Below, in pieces: positions 30,743-42,600 of a stretch of 64,000 nucleotides of DNA. The notes under the pieces were generated by a model. It did not search any database, was not told where the DNA came from, and saw only the letters and a program-made list of their open reading frames with translations. Source of the stretch: a virus; the IMG/VR virus record IMGVR_UViG_3300033512_000075, positions 1-64,000 of that record; one strand, written 5' to 3'. The stretch's first letter is position 1. Each line of letters begins with the position of its first letter. The position numbers and the translations under genes are program-made.

Positions 30743-33700
30743 ATGCCAAGAGATATAGATTATAATAAATTCGGATTTGACCCAGCTGAATTAGGACAGA
30801 AGACAGCAGAGAGAGTAGAGAAACAAAGAATGGAGACATTAAATAAGGACTTTGATAGAATGAACATAAGTCCTGAAGATGGAGCATCTTTACTCAATTA
30901 TGAGCAATCAAAAGCAAAAGATACAGGACTTGTATTAGAAGGAGTTGATATAAGTGGATTTGAGGGATTGGTTAATACAGATGATTTTAGTATAAGTACA
31001 TTTGATAATAGTAAATTAAATGACTTAGCAGCCGAAAGACAAACAACCTCACAGAAGTTATTAAGAACTGCAGCCAATACATTAGGTAATGTACCTATAG
31101 GTATAATAGGAGATATAGGAGGTACAGCCGCCATCTTTGAAGATGACTTATCTAATTCATTAACAAGATGGGCAGAAGAGAATAGAGATTGGGCTGCAGG
31201 TAAAGTATATACTAAGACAGGAGATACGGATTGGTATGGTAATATAGGAGGAGGCTTATCAAGTGCTATTCAATTTGGTATAGAGGGTGCTTTATTTGGT
31301 GCTATGTTTGGACAAACAGGTGCAGTAGTAGGTAAGTTACCTAAGTTATTAGCAACTACTGCTAAATTACAGAAAGCAACTAAGTTAGCTACAGTATTAG
31401 AGAAGTATGGATTAGCTTCAAGGAATGCAGCAGAAACAGCACTTGAGTTAAGTTCATTTAGTAAGAATGTATTAGCAGGTACTACAAAGGCATTTGAAAC
31501 TACTATACCAAGACTTGCTACTGCAACACATCTTAGCTTACTTGAGGGCAGGTTAAGTGGTGTTACTGTATATGATGATTTTATGAGAGATAACCTACAG
31601 GCATATATAAATAAGTACGAAGAACAAGATGGAACTAAAAAGGCACAAGAGGCTGCATCACAGGCAGGTAATACTACTATGTATATAAGTGCCTTAAAGA
31701 ATATACCATTAAATATAACAGGCACAGCAGCTGCATTTAAGAATGTGAATAAAGAAGTAGTTGAGAGATTTGGATTGAATGAATTAGCTAAGAAGGGAGG
31801 ATTTGCAGAGGGATTAAAGACTATAAAGCAAAGTAGAGACTATAAGAATTACATAAGAGATAACTACGGGTATAGAGCATTAGGGGAACCACTTCAAGAG
31901 GGACTTGAAGAAACCAATACAGGAATGGCTGAAGTATCTGGTAGAAGATTAGGGGAATCACTTGCAGGAGAAGATTTAAGAGGAGAAGAGAATAAGTTCT
32001 CTTATATAGATGAAATGACTAACTTCGGCGAATCACTTGAGAGGATAGGAACTAAAGAGGGAGCTATTGAGTTCGGTATGGGAGCTGTTATGGGTGCAGT
32101 TACTACAGGAGTAATGGATATCATGCCAAGAAGAGTAACCGAGAATGGAGAATCTAAGTTAGAGTGGTATGGTAGAATAAAGAGTGATAGAAAAGAAAGA
32201 GAAGATAGATTTGACTTAGTAGGTGAGACTATGGTAAAGGACTTAGAGAGGATAGATAGTCTTAATGATGAGTTGATTGAAGTAACTGCAGATGAACAAG
32301 CGGGTATTAAAGTAGAAGGACAAAGAAGCAAACAAGATGTAGAGAATGACTTATTTAATATAACAAGCTTTAATGCAGTTTCATTAGGTATTACAGACCA
32401 CTTAGTACAAGAGTATAAAGATATAGCAAACCAAGACAATAAAGACGTAAACAAAGTAGCTAATAAAAGACAAGAGGAATTCAATGCACTTAATAAGGAG
32501 AGTGCTAAATTAGATGAAGCAATCAAGACTACAGAACAGGACTTCAATATGGCTAATGAGCAACAGAAAGAACAAATACAAGGACAATTAGAAGAACTAA
32601 CAAAAAGAAAAGAAGTAATAGAGAAAGATAAAGTAACATTAAAGGCTGAAATAGCTAAAGTAGCAGGTAAGACAGAAGCTCAAGTTAATGGATATGCTAA
32701 AGATAAAGACGATAATAGATATAAGCAATTAGCTGAAAGACAGATAGATAAGTTGAATGAAGCTAAGGCAGCCTATAAAGACTATGAATTCAAGTACGGT
32801 AATACTGCTGCAAACAAATATGGTATAGTTAATAGATTACTTGAGTTGAGATTGGGCAGTATGACTACTCAAGAGAATATAGAGAATAGTATAGAAGAGT
32901 TCAATAAAGACTTAACATATAAAAGCCCTAAAGATAAAGGCAGTTTAGTTGAATATGAGATGGATAGTATGTTAGGTAATTATGTTAGAGTTAAGAAAGA
33001 AATAGAAGCTCTGCTTGAATTACAAGCTAAGGAGAAAGATAAGGGAATATCTGATGTAATGACTAAAGAGATTAATAGTAGAAAAGATAAGTTATCTGAT
33101 TTAAGACAGCAAATTACTGTAAAGGAAGTTAGTGCAGGAGTTAAAGTTAATATGTTTGAAGAGAAATATAAACAAGAAGAAAAGATATTGAAGAAGAGAT
33201 TAGATGCATTAGAAGGAGATAAACTTAAAGTACTGAAAGGAAGAGAAGAGGAAATCAGTAAAACAAATAAAAAGATAAAAGAAGTAACTGATGAACTCAA
33301 TAAATTCAGTACAGGCTTAACAGAAAATAAGTTAAATAGTAAAGCATCAAAAGAAGCCCTTTTATCTTACGAAATCAGATTGACTGCACTTAGACTTCAA
33401 GCAGAGAAAGAGCGGAGAGAATTAGAAAGAACGAGAAAAGAAATAGCTGGTATAGGCTCTAATGTAAGTCTCTATGAAATGAAATCAAGGTCTTTAACAG
33501 ATAAAGAAAAACAATTAAAAGAAGATACAATACAACTCGAAGAAGATAAAGATAAAACAAGAGAAGTAATAGATAAGATTAAAAAAGAAATAAGTACTTA
33601 TGATATTAATACACCAACAGATAAATTAAAGATAGAGGAGCTGAATGAAAGTCTGTTTTTATATGAAGAGAAGTCTAAGTTCTTAAGGACACAGAAAGAA

Positions 33701-36640
33701 ATGATTGAAGATGAATTAGATAAATTAAGAAAGGAGAATAAAGATACTATAGAATATAGTAAAGATAAATCTAAAGCTGTTGTAAATAGTGAAAAAGACA
33801 AAATAAGAAATCAATATGAAGAAGAAGTAGCATATGAGAGAAGTGAAGAGGGGTTTAAAACACTAGAAGATAAAGTATCAGATAAATTGAACGGACACTT
33901 AATTAACTTTAAAAACAATATAGAATCCTATCTATATCAAGTAAATAGACATGATAAGTTATTAACTGAAGAAGGACAAACAGAATTTGTTAAGAATGGT
34001 ATAAAAAATAAGACTGAAGCAGTAGAGTCATTTAAGAAAGCAGTACAGAAAGCAAAGGATAATGTGGACAGAGAAGCAAACTTAAAGTCAAAAGAAACAA
34101 CCGGAAAGACAGTAAATACAGTAAATGAAAAAGCAGAGAAAGAAAGGTTAGCTAAGGAAGCTAAAGCAAAGGCTGCAGAAGAGGCACTGAAGAATAAGGC
34201 ATCTGCAGGTGTGCAAGCAGTTATAGATTTAAAGGAACAGATTATTAAATGGTCCGTAGTTGAAGGTGAAGCTGATTTATTAGCTTCATTAGATAAAGTA
34301 ACAGAATGGATACAAGATAATCAAGATGAGCATAAGGATACTATAAAATATATAAATGAATTTACAGATGCCTTTAAGAAAGGACAGCCTGAAAAATTCA
34401 CAGGTATAGTAGATAATATATTAAAGACACTTCCATTATTCCCTATAGATGCTACAGAAGCCATGAAGAATGTACAGTATGCTAAGGGTAGAATGAATAA
34501 TGAGTTAGCAGACCTTGAAGACTTGAACTTTGAAGAATCTAATATACACGAAGAAGCACGTGATTTATTTAAGGTAATACAAGACAAGAAAGATAATGGA
34601 GAAGCTACTACAGAAGAAGAAACTAAAATGACTGATTTACGTAGCAGACTTAAAGAGCACAGTAATAAACTAATAGACCACTTCACTAAGCTAATAGAGG
34701 ATTATAAATTAAAGACATATGTATTAGACGAGAATGGTAATCCAATAGCAAGAGATTTAATAGAAGAACACCGCAAACTATTTGCAGTAATGAAGAGAAG
34801 CTTCGATGTAATATCTCCTACTATGAGAAAGAACGCACGTAGAAGTAGCTTAGATGCTGTAGTAGGTTACTTAAATAATTACTTCAGACTATTACAAGAT
34901 AATATGGAAGTAGTAGGAACAAAAGAAGTTGAAGGTAAGCCTGTAGATGAATTAGTAGCTAATCTATTTAACTTTTCTATACTTATAAATGATAATGAGA
35001 TTATAGGTGTAGATCCTGATATAGTCAATTCAGGTACTATAAAAACAGTACTAAATAAAGCACCTGAATATGAAGAAGACTACAATAATAGACATCAATA
35101 TACAGATGAGACGAATAGATTAAAGACAAGTGTATTATCTATTGCTAATACAAGTGTAAGATATAATAAAACAACTAAATTACAGGAGGGTACAGGTGTG
35201 TTATCCATACCTACAGAATCATCTAAATATCTAAATAGAGGAGATGTAGTAGAGTTCATAGTAGAAGATAATGACGATTTGCTTATAACAAATTATGAAG
35301 GTGAGAAAGAAACTAAGATGACTTGGGGAGAATTTAAGAAGAAGTTCAATGGAAATGAGCAACTATTAAATGATTATATACCTATTAAAGTAATATCTAA
35401 AGGAATTGAGGCAGGTTACTTACATAGTATAGGTAGAGTAACTGATGATTACTTCCAAGTAGAAAAAGATAGTAGTATAGAAATAAAGAGAGATGAACTA
35501 AGAAGTGCTCGTACAAATATACTAAAAGGAGCCGATACAGGTAAAGTATACTACAAGTCTGTAGGTATATTAAATGCAGAGAAGTCAGGAAGCGAGAATG
35601 AATTAGATAACTACGGAACACTTAATGAAAGACTTAAAGACTCTAAAGAGGGATTAGGTAATCCTATAATAGCAGTATCTATAGGAACTTCATTGGTTAC
35701 TTCTGTAGATGGACAGAAGAGGAATATAAAAACAAGTGAGTTCTCTGATGAGTTGAGAGAGTATCTTAAGACATTTGGGTTTGGTAAGGCAATAGCATTA
35801 GTTCCTTCTGCTGATGGAAGTCTACAAGTAGAGTTCGTATTGCAGATGAGTCTTAATGGTAATGTAAAGAAAGGAAATAAGAATAAGAAGATAGGAACTG
35901 ATTTGATAGAAATCTTTATAGGATTCCTATCTAAATTAAATGCAACAAGTAATCCATTATATAAAGAAGGAGTACTTATAAAAGATGAGTTCAATATACA
36001 TGACTTAATAGAAGCTATTACATATGTAGATATAAATCATAGTGATATCGCAGGAGTTAATATAGATGCTTCTAAGAATGCATATAGTAAGATGTATAGA
36101 GTTAAGGAAGGAACTAAGTCTAAGTATTATATAAACATAAATCAAGCCAGCCCAGCAGTAGAGATTACAGAAGCAAGTCTAAAGAATAAAGATGTTATAA
36201 ATGCTATAGGTAATTTAAGATTTAATGCAAGTACTAAAGCTATAGAAAAGAACATACAAATACCTAATGGGAATGGAGAGCTTGTAAATTATATAGACTT
36301 TATAGGAGATAGATTTGTAATAGATGCTAAAGTAAAGACAGTAATACATAATACAGAAGATAACTTAAATAACAATATAGGAAATACGGAATTCATATAT
36401 TATAATAATCCTGTAGTGGCTTTTAGTGTAGATGTAATGAAAGATAAGCCTAAACCACCAACAGAAGAAACAAATAAAGAAGAAGTAAAGCAAGAAGTAG
36501 AATCAACTAAACAAGGACTAAAATTAAATAATGCAGAGCTATTTGAAATAGAAGGTTCTGAGCTATTCGATTATAAAGTATTTGAAGGTATTGTACCTGA
36601 AGTAGAAGCAGTAACAACAGTACCATGCAAAACAAAATAA
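30743..36640 (+). CDS. Giant coiled-coil protein (1,965 aa), putative ejected cargo protein
   Basis: N-terminal glycine-rich hydrophobic segments ('VPIGIIGDIGGTAAIF', 'GGGLSSAIQFGIEGALFGAMFGQTGAVVG'), then about 1,000 aa of K/E-rich coiled coil. It sits just upstream of the RNAP-like giant gene. Confidence 0.55.
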   Translation: MPRDIDYNKFGFDPAELGQKTAERVEKQRMETLNKDFDRMNISPEDGASLLNYEQSKAKDTGLVLEGVDISGFEGLVNTDDFSISTFDNSKLNDLAAERQTTSQKLLRTAANTLGNVPIGIIGDIGGTAAIFEDDLSNSLTRWAEENRDWAAGKVYTKTGDTDWYGNIGGGLSSAIQFGIEGALFGAMFGQTGAVVGKLPKLLATTAKLQKATKLATVLEKYGLASRNAAETALELSSFSKNVLAGTTKAFETTIPRLATATHLSLLEGRLSGVTVYDDFMRDNLQAYINKYEEQDGTKKAQEAASQAGNTTMYISALKNIPLNITGTAAAFKNVNKEVVERFGLNELAKKGGFAEGLKTIKQSRDYKNYIRDNYGYRALGEPLQEGLEETNTGMAEVSGRRLGESLAGEDLRGEENKFSYIDEMTNFGESLERIGTKEGAIEFGMGAVMGAVTTGVMDIMPRRVTENGESKLEWYGRIKSDRKEREDRFDLVGETMVKDLERIDSLNDELIEVTADEQAGIKVEGQRSKQDVENDLFNITSFNAVSLGITDHLVQEYKDIANQDNKDVNKVANKRQEEFNALNKESAKLDEAIKTTEQDFNMANEQQKEQIQGQLEELTKRKEVIEKDKVTLKAEIAKVAGKTEAQVNGYAKDKDDNRYKQLAERQIDKLNEAKAAYKDYEFKYGNTAANKYGIVNRLLELRLGSMTTQENIENSIEEFNKDLTYKSPKDKGSLVEYEMDSMLGNYVRVKKEIEALLELQAKEKDKGISDVMTKEINSRKDKLSDLRQQITVKEVSAGVKVNMFEEKYKQEEKILKKRLDALEGDKLKVLKGREEEISKTNKKIKEVTDELNKFSTGLTENKLNSKASKEALLSYEIRLTALRLQAEKERRELERTRKEIAGIGSNVSLYEMKSRSLTDKEKQLKEDTIQLEEDKDKTREVIDKIKKEISTYDINTPTDKLKIEELNESLFLYEEKSKFLRTQKEMIEDELDKLRKENKDTIEYSKDKSKAVVNSEKDKIRNQYEEEVAYERSEEGFKTLEDKVSDKLNGHLINFKNNIESYLYQVNRHDKLLTEEGQTEFVKNGIKNKTEAVESFKKAVQKAKDNVDREANLKSKETTGKTVNTVNEKAEKERLAKEAKAKAAEEALKNKASAGVQAVIDLKEQIIKWSVVEGEADLLASLDKVTEWIQDNQDEHKDTIKYINEFTDAFKKGQPEKFTGIVDNILKTLPLFPIDATEAMKNVQYAKGRMNNELADLEDLNFEESNIHEEARDLFKVIQDKKDNGEATTEEETKMTDLRSRLKEHSNKLIDHFTKLIEDYKLKTYVLDENGNPIARDLIEEHRKLFAVMKRSFDVISPTMRKNARRSSLDAVVGYLNNYFRLLQDNMEVVGTKEVEGKPVDELVANLFNFSILINDNEIIGVDPDIVNSGTIKTVLNKAPEYEEDYNNRHQYTDETNRLKTSVLSIANTSVRYNKTTKLQEGTGVLSIPTESSKYLNRGDVVEFIVEDNDDLLITNYEGEKETKMTWGEFKKKFNGNEQLLNDYIPIKVISKGIEAGYLHSIGRVTDDYFQVEKDSSIEIKRDELRSARTNILKGADTGKVYYKSVGILNAEKSGSENELDNYGTLNERLKDSKEGLGNPIIAVSIGTSLVTSVDGQKRNIKTSEFSDELREYLKTFGFGKAIALVPSADGSLQVEFVLQMSLNGNVKKGNKNKKIGTDLIEIFIGFLSKLNATSNPLYKEGVLIKDEFNIHDLIEAITYVDINHSDIAGVNIDASKNAYSKMYRVKEGTKSKYYININQASPAVEITEASLKNKDVINAIGNLRFNASTKAIEKNIQIPNGNGELVNYIDFIGDRFVIDAKVKTVIHNTEDNLNNNIGNTEFIYYNNPVVAFSVDVMKDKPKPPTEETNKEEVKQEVESTKQGLKLNNAELFEIEGSELFDYKVFEGIVPEVEAVTTVPCKTK

Positions 36641-36659
36641 ATCAACTAAATAAATTAAT

Positions 36660-39600
36660 ATGAATTGTGAACCAGTTGAATTAATAGAAGTATATAAATC
36701 ACTAAGACCAAATGCCACAGAGAACGAATCTAATATTTTGGTAAAGATGGCTGTAAACTATAATAATAAATACGGAGATAGAATAAAGGACGCAAAAGAG
36801 CCGTTTAAGTATTTAGATAAAGAATATAAGATAGAGTCTAAGTTATATAAAGACTTAGTTAGTTATTATGGAAATAAGAGAATGGCTAATGAAGTATTAG
36901 CCATTCATGTCTATTCGGGCTCTAAACAAGCTAATGCTTTTTTAAGTAGTATTGGATATGACTTCGAGAATAAGACAGGGGAACCTACCTTTAATCAGAT
37001 ATCATCACTATTAAAGATAAAGACAGATACATTCAATCCTGAATTTATAAAGGCACTAAATGAGGATTCAGTATACAGTGTAAAGGGATTAAGTGCTAAT
37101 CAAATAATAGAGTTAGTTAATAGTTATGTACAAGGCTTTAAATTAGATAAAGATGTATCACCTATACAGCAGTTGGATTCCTTTACAGAGGACTTAAAGA
37201 CCATATTAGAAAGATATAAAGCAACAAGAGATAAAATAGCATCTCTTATAGGAGACGATACAAAAGACCAAAAACTTGTAAATAGTGAGTTAGATAGATT
37301 TAATTATTTAGTAAATGTGTTTGAGGCTGCTACAAACGAATCTAATTTAGAGAAAGTAAGGACACTTGTAGAAAGAAGACTTATAAATGATAAGACTATA
37401 AAGATAAATCTGAAGAATAAGAAGATAGAATTAGCAGCAGATGAGAGATTAAAAGCTATGTGGAATGATACTGCTTCATTCTCTATAGATTGGAAAACTA
37501 CTGCTAATGCAGCCTTAAAAAAGGTACTATCCAACATAGATAAATTAAATGACCTTAGTATAAAAGAAAGAAATGAGTTCGGGTTAGTTAAGAAGTTAGA
37601 TAAGGAGTTTGTTATGCAGTATATGATAAACTCTGTAAGTAACCCTAATGCAAGTGCAGAGGAGATGCTTGAAGAGATAAAAACTAAGGGTACTATAGGA
37701 AGTAATATAGTAGAAGAGCTTAATAAACAAAAAGATATAGAAGGATTAAAGAACAACTTGAAGGCAGTATTAACGACCCAAGACGTAAACTTAATTACTA
37801 TATTACATAATACAGGAAGAAAAGAATCACAAGAAGGAGCCAATGACGGTATAAAGAAAACTGCTTATCCGTTTCTCACTAACAGAAATGCCTTAGAGAA
37901 TAGAATAAATAATGAATGGAGATTAAATCAAAAGATGTTATCTGAAGGTATATACAGTTCTGAGTTAGGTAATATGAAAGGCAGTTTGAAGTTAATAACT
38001 GATAAAGGTATAGATTACAAGTTATTAAATCATATAAAATCATCAAGCCTATCCACATGGGAAAAGAAAGCAAAAGAGCTTATTAAAAATACTACAAATA
38101 GACCACAACTTATACAAGCCATTATAGATGATAGAACCATAACTGTAGATAGAAAACCTGTAATAGAGTATGGTCTATTAAGTACTCTTAATGGATTAGG
38201 TATAGATGTAACAAGACCTGAACTTGAATCTTTATTTAATAACCCTACTAAGTACTTTAAACTTGCAGGAGTTAAAGGAAATGTAAGTATACATGAGATG
38301 TTTACAAGTAATAAGAACGGTATTATACGTAATATATTCCATACAGGATTTGAAAGAGATGCAGGTGAATTTGAAGAGCTATCAAGTGCATTTAATCCAT
38401 TAAGTAATAATAAACTTGTAAAGGTATTAGCTAATCTAAAAGCAGAGAACTCAGATAAATATGTATTAAGCAATTACAGAAACAATGAAGGTAATATGAT
38501 TTCATCTAATAGTATACCTTCAAGATTCAGCTTAGTAACAGATAAACTAACTAATGAAGATAAGGGTTTTATAGAAGATATGAGAAAAGGGGATTTTACA
38601 AGATACTCTGCATTTCTACCAGAAGCAACTAAAGAAGAAAGAAAGAAATACAATGATAAGATTAATCTATTCTCTCTAAAAGAAGTCAATTACTTCTATA
38701 TAGATTCCATGAATAAAGAGAATGGAGGAGAAACAGATAAACCTAAGACCCGACCTAAGATGACAAGAGAAGAGCAATATATGCAAATGATTACCTCCTT
38801 CTTTAATAGCGGTAATGATTTAACATATATGTCTCCAGAAGTAATGTCTGATAAATCTAAGTATCCATTACTTAGTTTTGAAAGGATTGAAGTAGCTGAC
38901 TTCAAAGATGTATATGATAAAGACGGAAAGCTTAATTTAGTTAAGGCATACACTAAAGGAAATAAAGATGAGGAGCCAATGAATATCTTAAATATGTTAA
39001 TGCAGTCAGCCTATGCAGAGATAGAGAGATATAATATGATGGTAGACTTAACTAATAAGTACAACAATAATGAATTGAGTGTAGAAGATAAACTTAGATT
39101 TGAGAAGATTAGTAAGACTTATAAAGATGGAGCAATGAAGTTCTTCTTCTATACAGAAATGAATAAAGAGAACACATTCGTATTTACTGACGGTAAGATA
39201 GATATATCAATAAATGATAATAAGAAAGCAATAGCAGCCATAGTAAATAGAAGTGCCGAATTATCTATAAATAAACTAGTAGATGAGTTTAAGAAATATG
39301 GTATATATAACTATTTAGAATCAAGAATAGCAGATGAATACAAAAAGAAGTCCGGTAATATAACATTGTCTGCAGAAGAAACTAAAAGAGGTAAAGGATA
39401 TATGGATAAACCAATAAGAGCCTTAGCTACAGAGATGCATATCAATCAAATATTATTGAATCATAACTTCACTATGACGTTTGGCGGAGACCCTGCAATG
39501 TTCTATAAAGAGAAGAAAGGAAGTTGGATTAGAAATTCAATAGATACATACTTTAAGAGAATGGGAGGTATATCCGGTACTGCAATTAAAGGAAGGTACA

Positions 39601-42600
39601 TATTTAAGAATGAAGATGGAACTACAGACGATTATAGTAAAGTAGAGTACTTTGTAATAGATGATGTGGAAACAAGAAGATATCAAGTAAGAAATAAAGA
39701 GCTGCTTGATGTAGACCAATATGGTAAAGTAAATGTAGCAGATGCTGAAGAGATAACATCTCTAAGAGAAGATATGACTGTACTATATAGTAAGGAAGGT
39801 ATATCTACAGACACGTTTAAGAAGATAATAGATAATTTAAATGCAGGTAAGATGCCAAACTTACATGAGCTTGGAGTAGAATTACAAAAAAGAAAACCTC
39901 TATTCTTTGCTACAGAGTATGACCAATTCACAGCATCTAATCAAGTAAACTACATGAAATCAAGTTCATATGCAGCAACTAAGGAGTTAGCGGCTGGGTT
40001 TGATTTAGAGGTATTGCAAAAGTATATAGAAAAGAGAGAGAAGAAGCATATAGCTGACGGTAACAGAATCAACGTAAGAGTAATCACCAAATCTGCAGCA
40101 AAAGCAAGAGGTATTGAACCATTTGCTATATTTGATGTACCTACTACAGATTCTAATAGAGCACAAGATAGAACAGCAAGGATAAACGAAGTTAAAGTAG
40201 AAGCTATGTTCGAGAGAGGTGGTATGATATTAGATAGAGATGGATTAGGTCTACAACAAGAGGAATTAGATAATGAAGATGATACTATTACTAACATAAG
40301 CCAATTAAACAAGTTAGCATTTCAAGGACTTCTACTTGATGACAGGAAGCTATTTATATATAAAGGAGGTAAACCAATATCAGCAAAAGAATTAAAGAAG
40401 ATAAAAGAGAATATAAGAAAAGAGATATTTAAAGAAGCTAAGAACGAATTTGAGAAAGAGTTTGGTATAACTAATGGTAAGTTTACAGACCTAAAGAAAA
40501 TAGTAGCTTTTATAAAAGAAGAACTTATATCATCAGGTAAAGCTAATGAAGCAGATATGATTAGGATTGCAGAAGATGGTAACTTGGTGGTGCCATTATA
40601 TCTAACTCCTGTATATAATACAATAGCTTCTAATTTGGTATCTTTAATTACTAATAGAGTAGTTAAGTCAAGAATGCAAGGTAAGTCCCATGCACAAATG
40701 AGTAACTTGGGATTTAGACATTTAGGAGACTATAATAAATCTAATATAATATTTACAGATAGTTTCAATGAATCTCTTACATATACAGAGATAGAGGGTA
40801 ATACAGTAAAGAGAGCACAGATAATAATCCCTTGGCCCTTTAAAGATATAGATATGAAAGACTATATGGTAGGAAATAAGATAGATATGAATAAGATAGA
40901 TAAAGCTCTACTAAATACCATAAGTGCTCGTATCCCTAATCAATCCCATAGTAGTACAATAGCATTGGAGATAGTAGGATTTCTTCCGCAAGGCTATGAA
41001 GATATGGTTATATTGCCTGACGAGATAACAGCTCAAATGGGTTCTGATTTTGACATCGACCATTTATATAGCTACTTATTTAATCACGAAGTAGATAGTA
41101 ATGGCAAGTTAACTAAGATAAGAGAGAAGACAAATAAACTCGCATGGCTGCAAAACAACTACATGGAAGTATTAGAGTCTCTATTCACACACCCGGAAGT
41201 AGCCAAGAAGTCATTAAGGTCATTAGACTTTAAAGATGTTGAAGATTATGTAGAAAAGAAATTAAACAGTAAAGAAATTAATCTAATAAATAACCATTGG
41301 GATATAGTAAATACCTTAGATGACTACAATTCAAATCAGAGCGGTAAGAAAGGTATTGCTATACAAAGTGTACATAGTGTTGTAATGGCTTATTTAGAAG
41401 ATAAGGGCATGAAGTTAAATGAAGCTATTAAATTCAATGGAAAGACATACACAGGAGTTGGATTAGGCACATATAAGAATCATAAGAATGAAGATAGAAC
41501 AAACTTCAACTTCACTACAATGATACAGAATGAAGCAGTAGATAATGCCAATAATAAGCTATTAGATGCTACTGGTTGGACATTAGAGTTGTCTAAGGCT
41601 TTTAATGGATTGAATGCTTTGATAACAGATGAGAAAGATTCTATATCAGGAGAGATGATAATGGCTATGTTCAATCACCCAATAGTCAAAGAGTTACAAT
41701 TCTTATTAGAGCAGTCAGATAGTCAATTCTCTGGACTAAATTATACATTTAATGGTGCAGTAAAGAAGTTAATAAGAGAAAATAAGCTTACACTTGAACC
41801 TAAAGTATATACTGCAGAAGAGATAATAAATAGTTATAAGAATCCTGTAATGGATAAAGGAATAGCACTTAGTATACTTGAGAGCTTAGTACAAGCCAAT
41901 AGAGTAGGTCAGTCCTTAGTTAATATAGGAAGTGTACTTAATATAGATAGTAAAGGAGTTGGAAGCGACTTCAATGAACTTGAATCCAAGCTACTTAAAT
42001 ATAATAAGGTACTAAAAGATAAGATATTTGAATCTACTAAACAGCTATTTGAAGATGAAGACGGTACTAATGAGTTAGGAGAAACTATTAGCTTAGGAAT
42101 TAAATATACTAAAGATTTATTCAATAACAAGGTAGGAGATAAAGAAGCTCTATTCCACTATAAGAAACCATTATATACAGACATAATACAACTAGCTTCA
42201 GAGTATAAAGGAACAGATTTAAATGCAGAAGATATAAGTTATTTGTCTAATGCTACATTAGATTATTTAAAAGCAGATAGAACTAATCCTATATTTGAGG
42301 GGGATTCATTAGATTCAATAAGAAGTAAGTTCTTATTCGGTGAATCTACATTATATAATAGAGTTAATGCTTTCCTTAAGAGTATAAGTAGAGCACATCC
42401 AGCCTACAAGTTTATATCTAACTTAGAAGGTAAAATAGACAGGAAGACAGGTGCAGTCTATATAGAATATAAACAAGACACTAAGACAGAAGAAGAAGTA
42501 CAGTTGAATGCAAACTCATTACTATCTATGTTCTACAGTGATGACTTAGTAGAGAACCTATTAGCTAAAGACTTGCTTAAGTATAACTTTGCTATGGGTG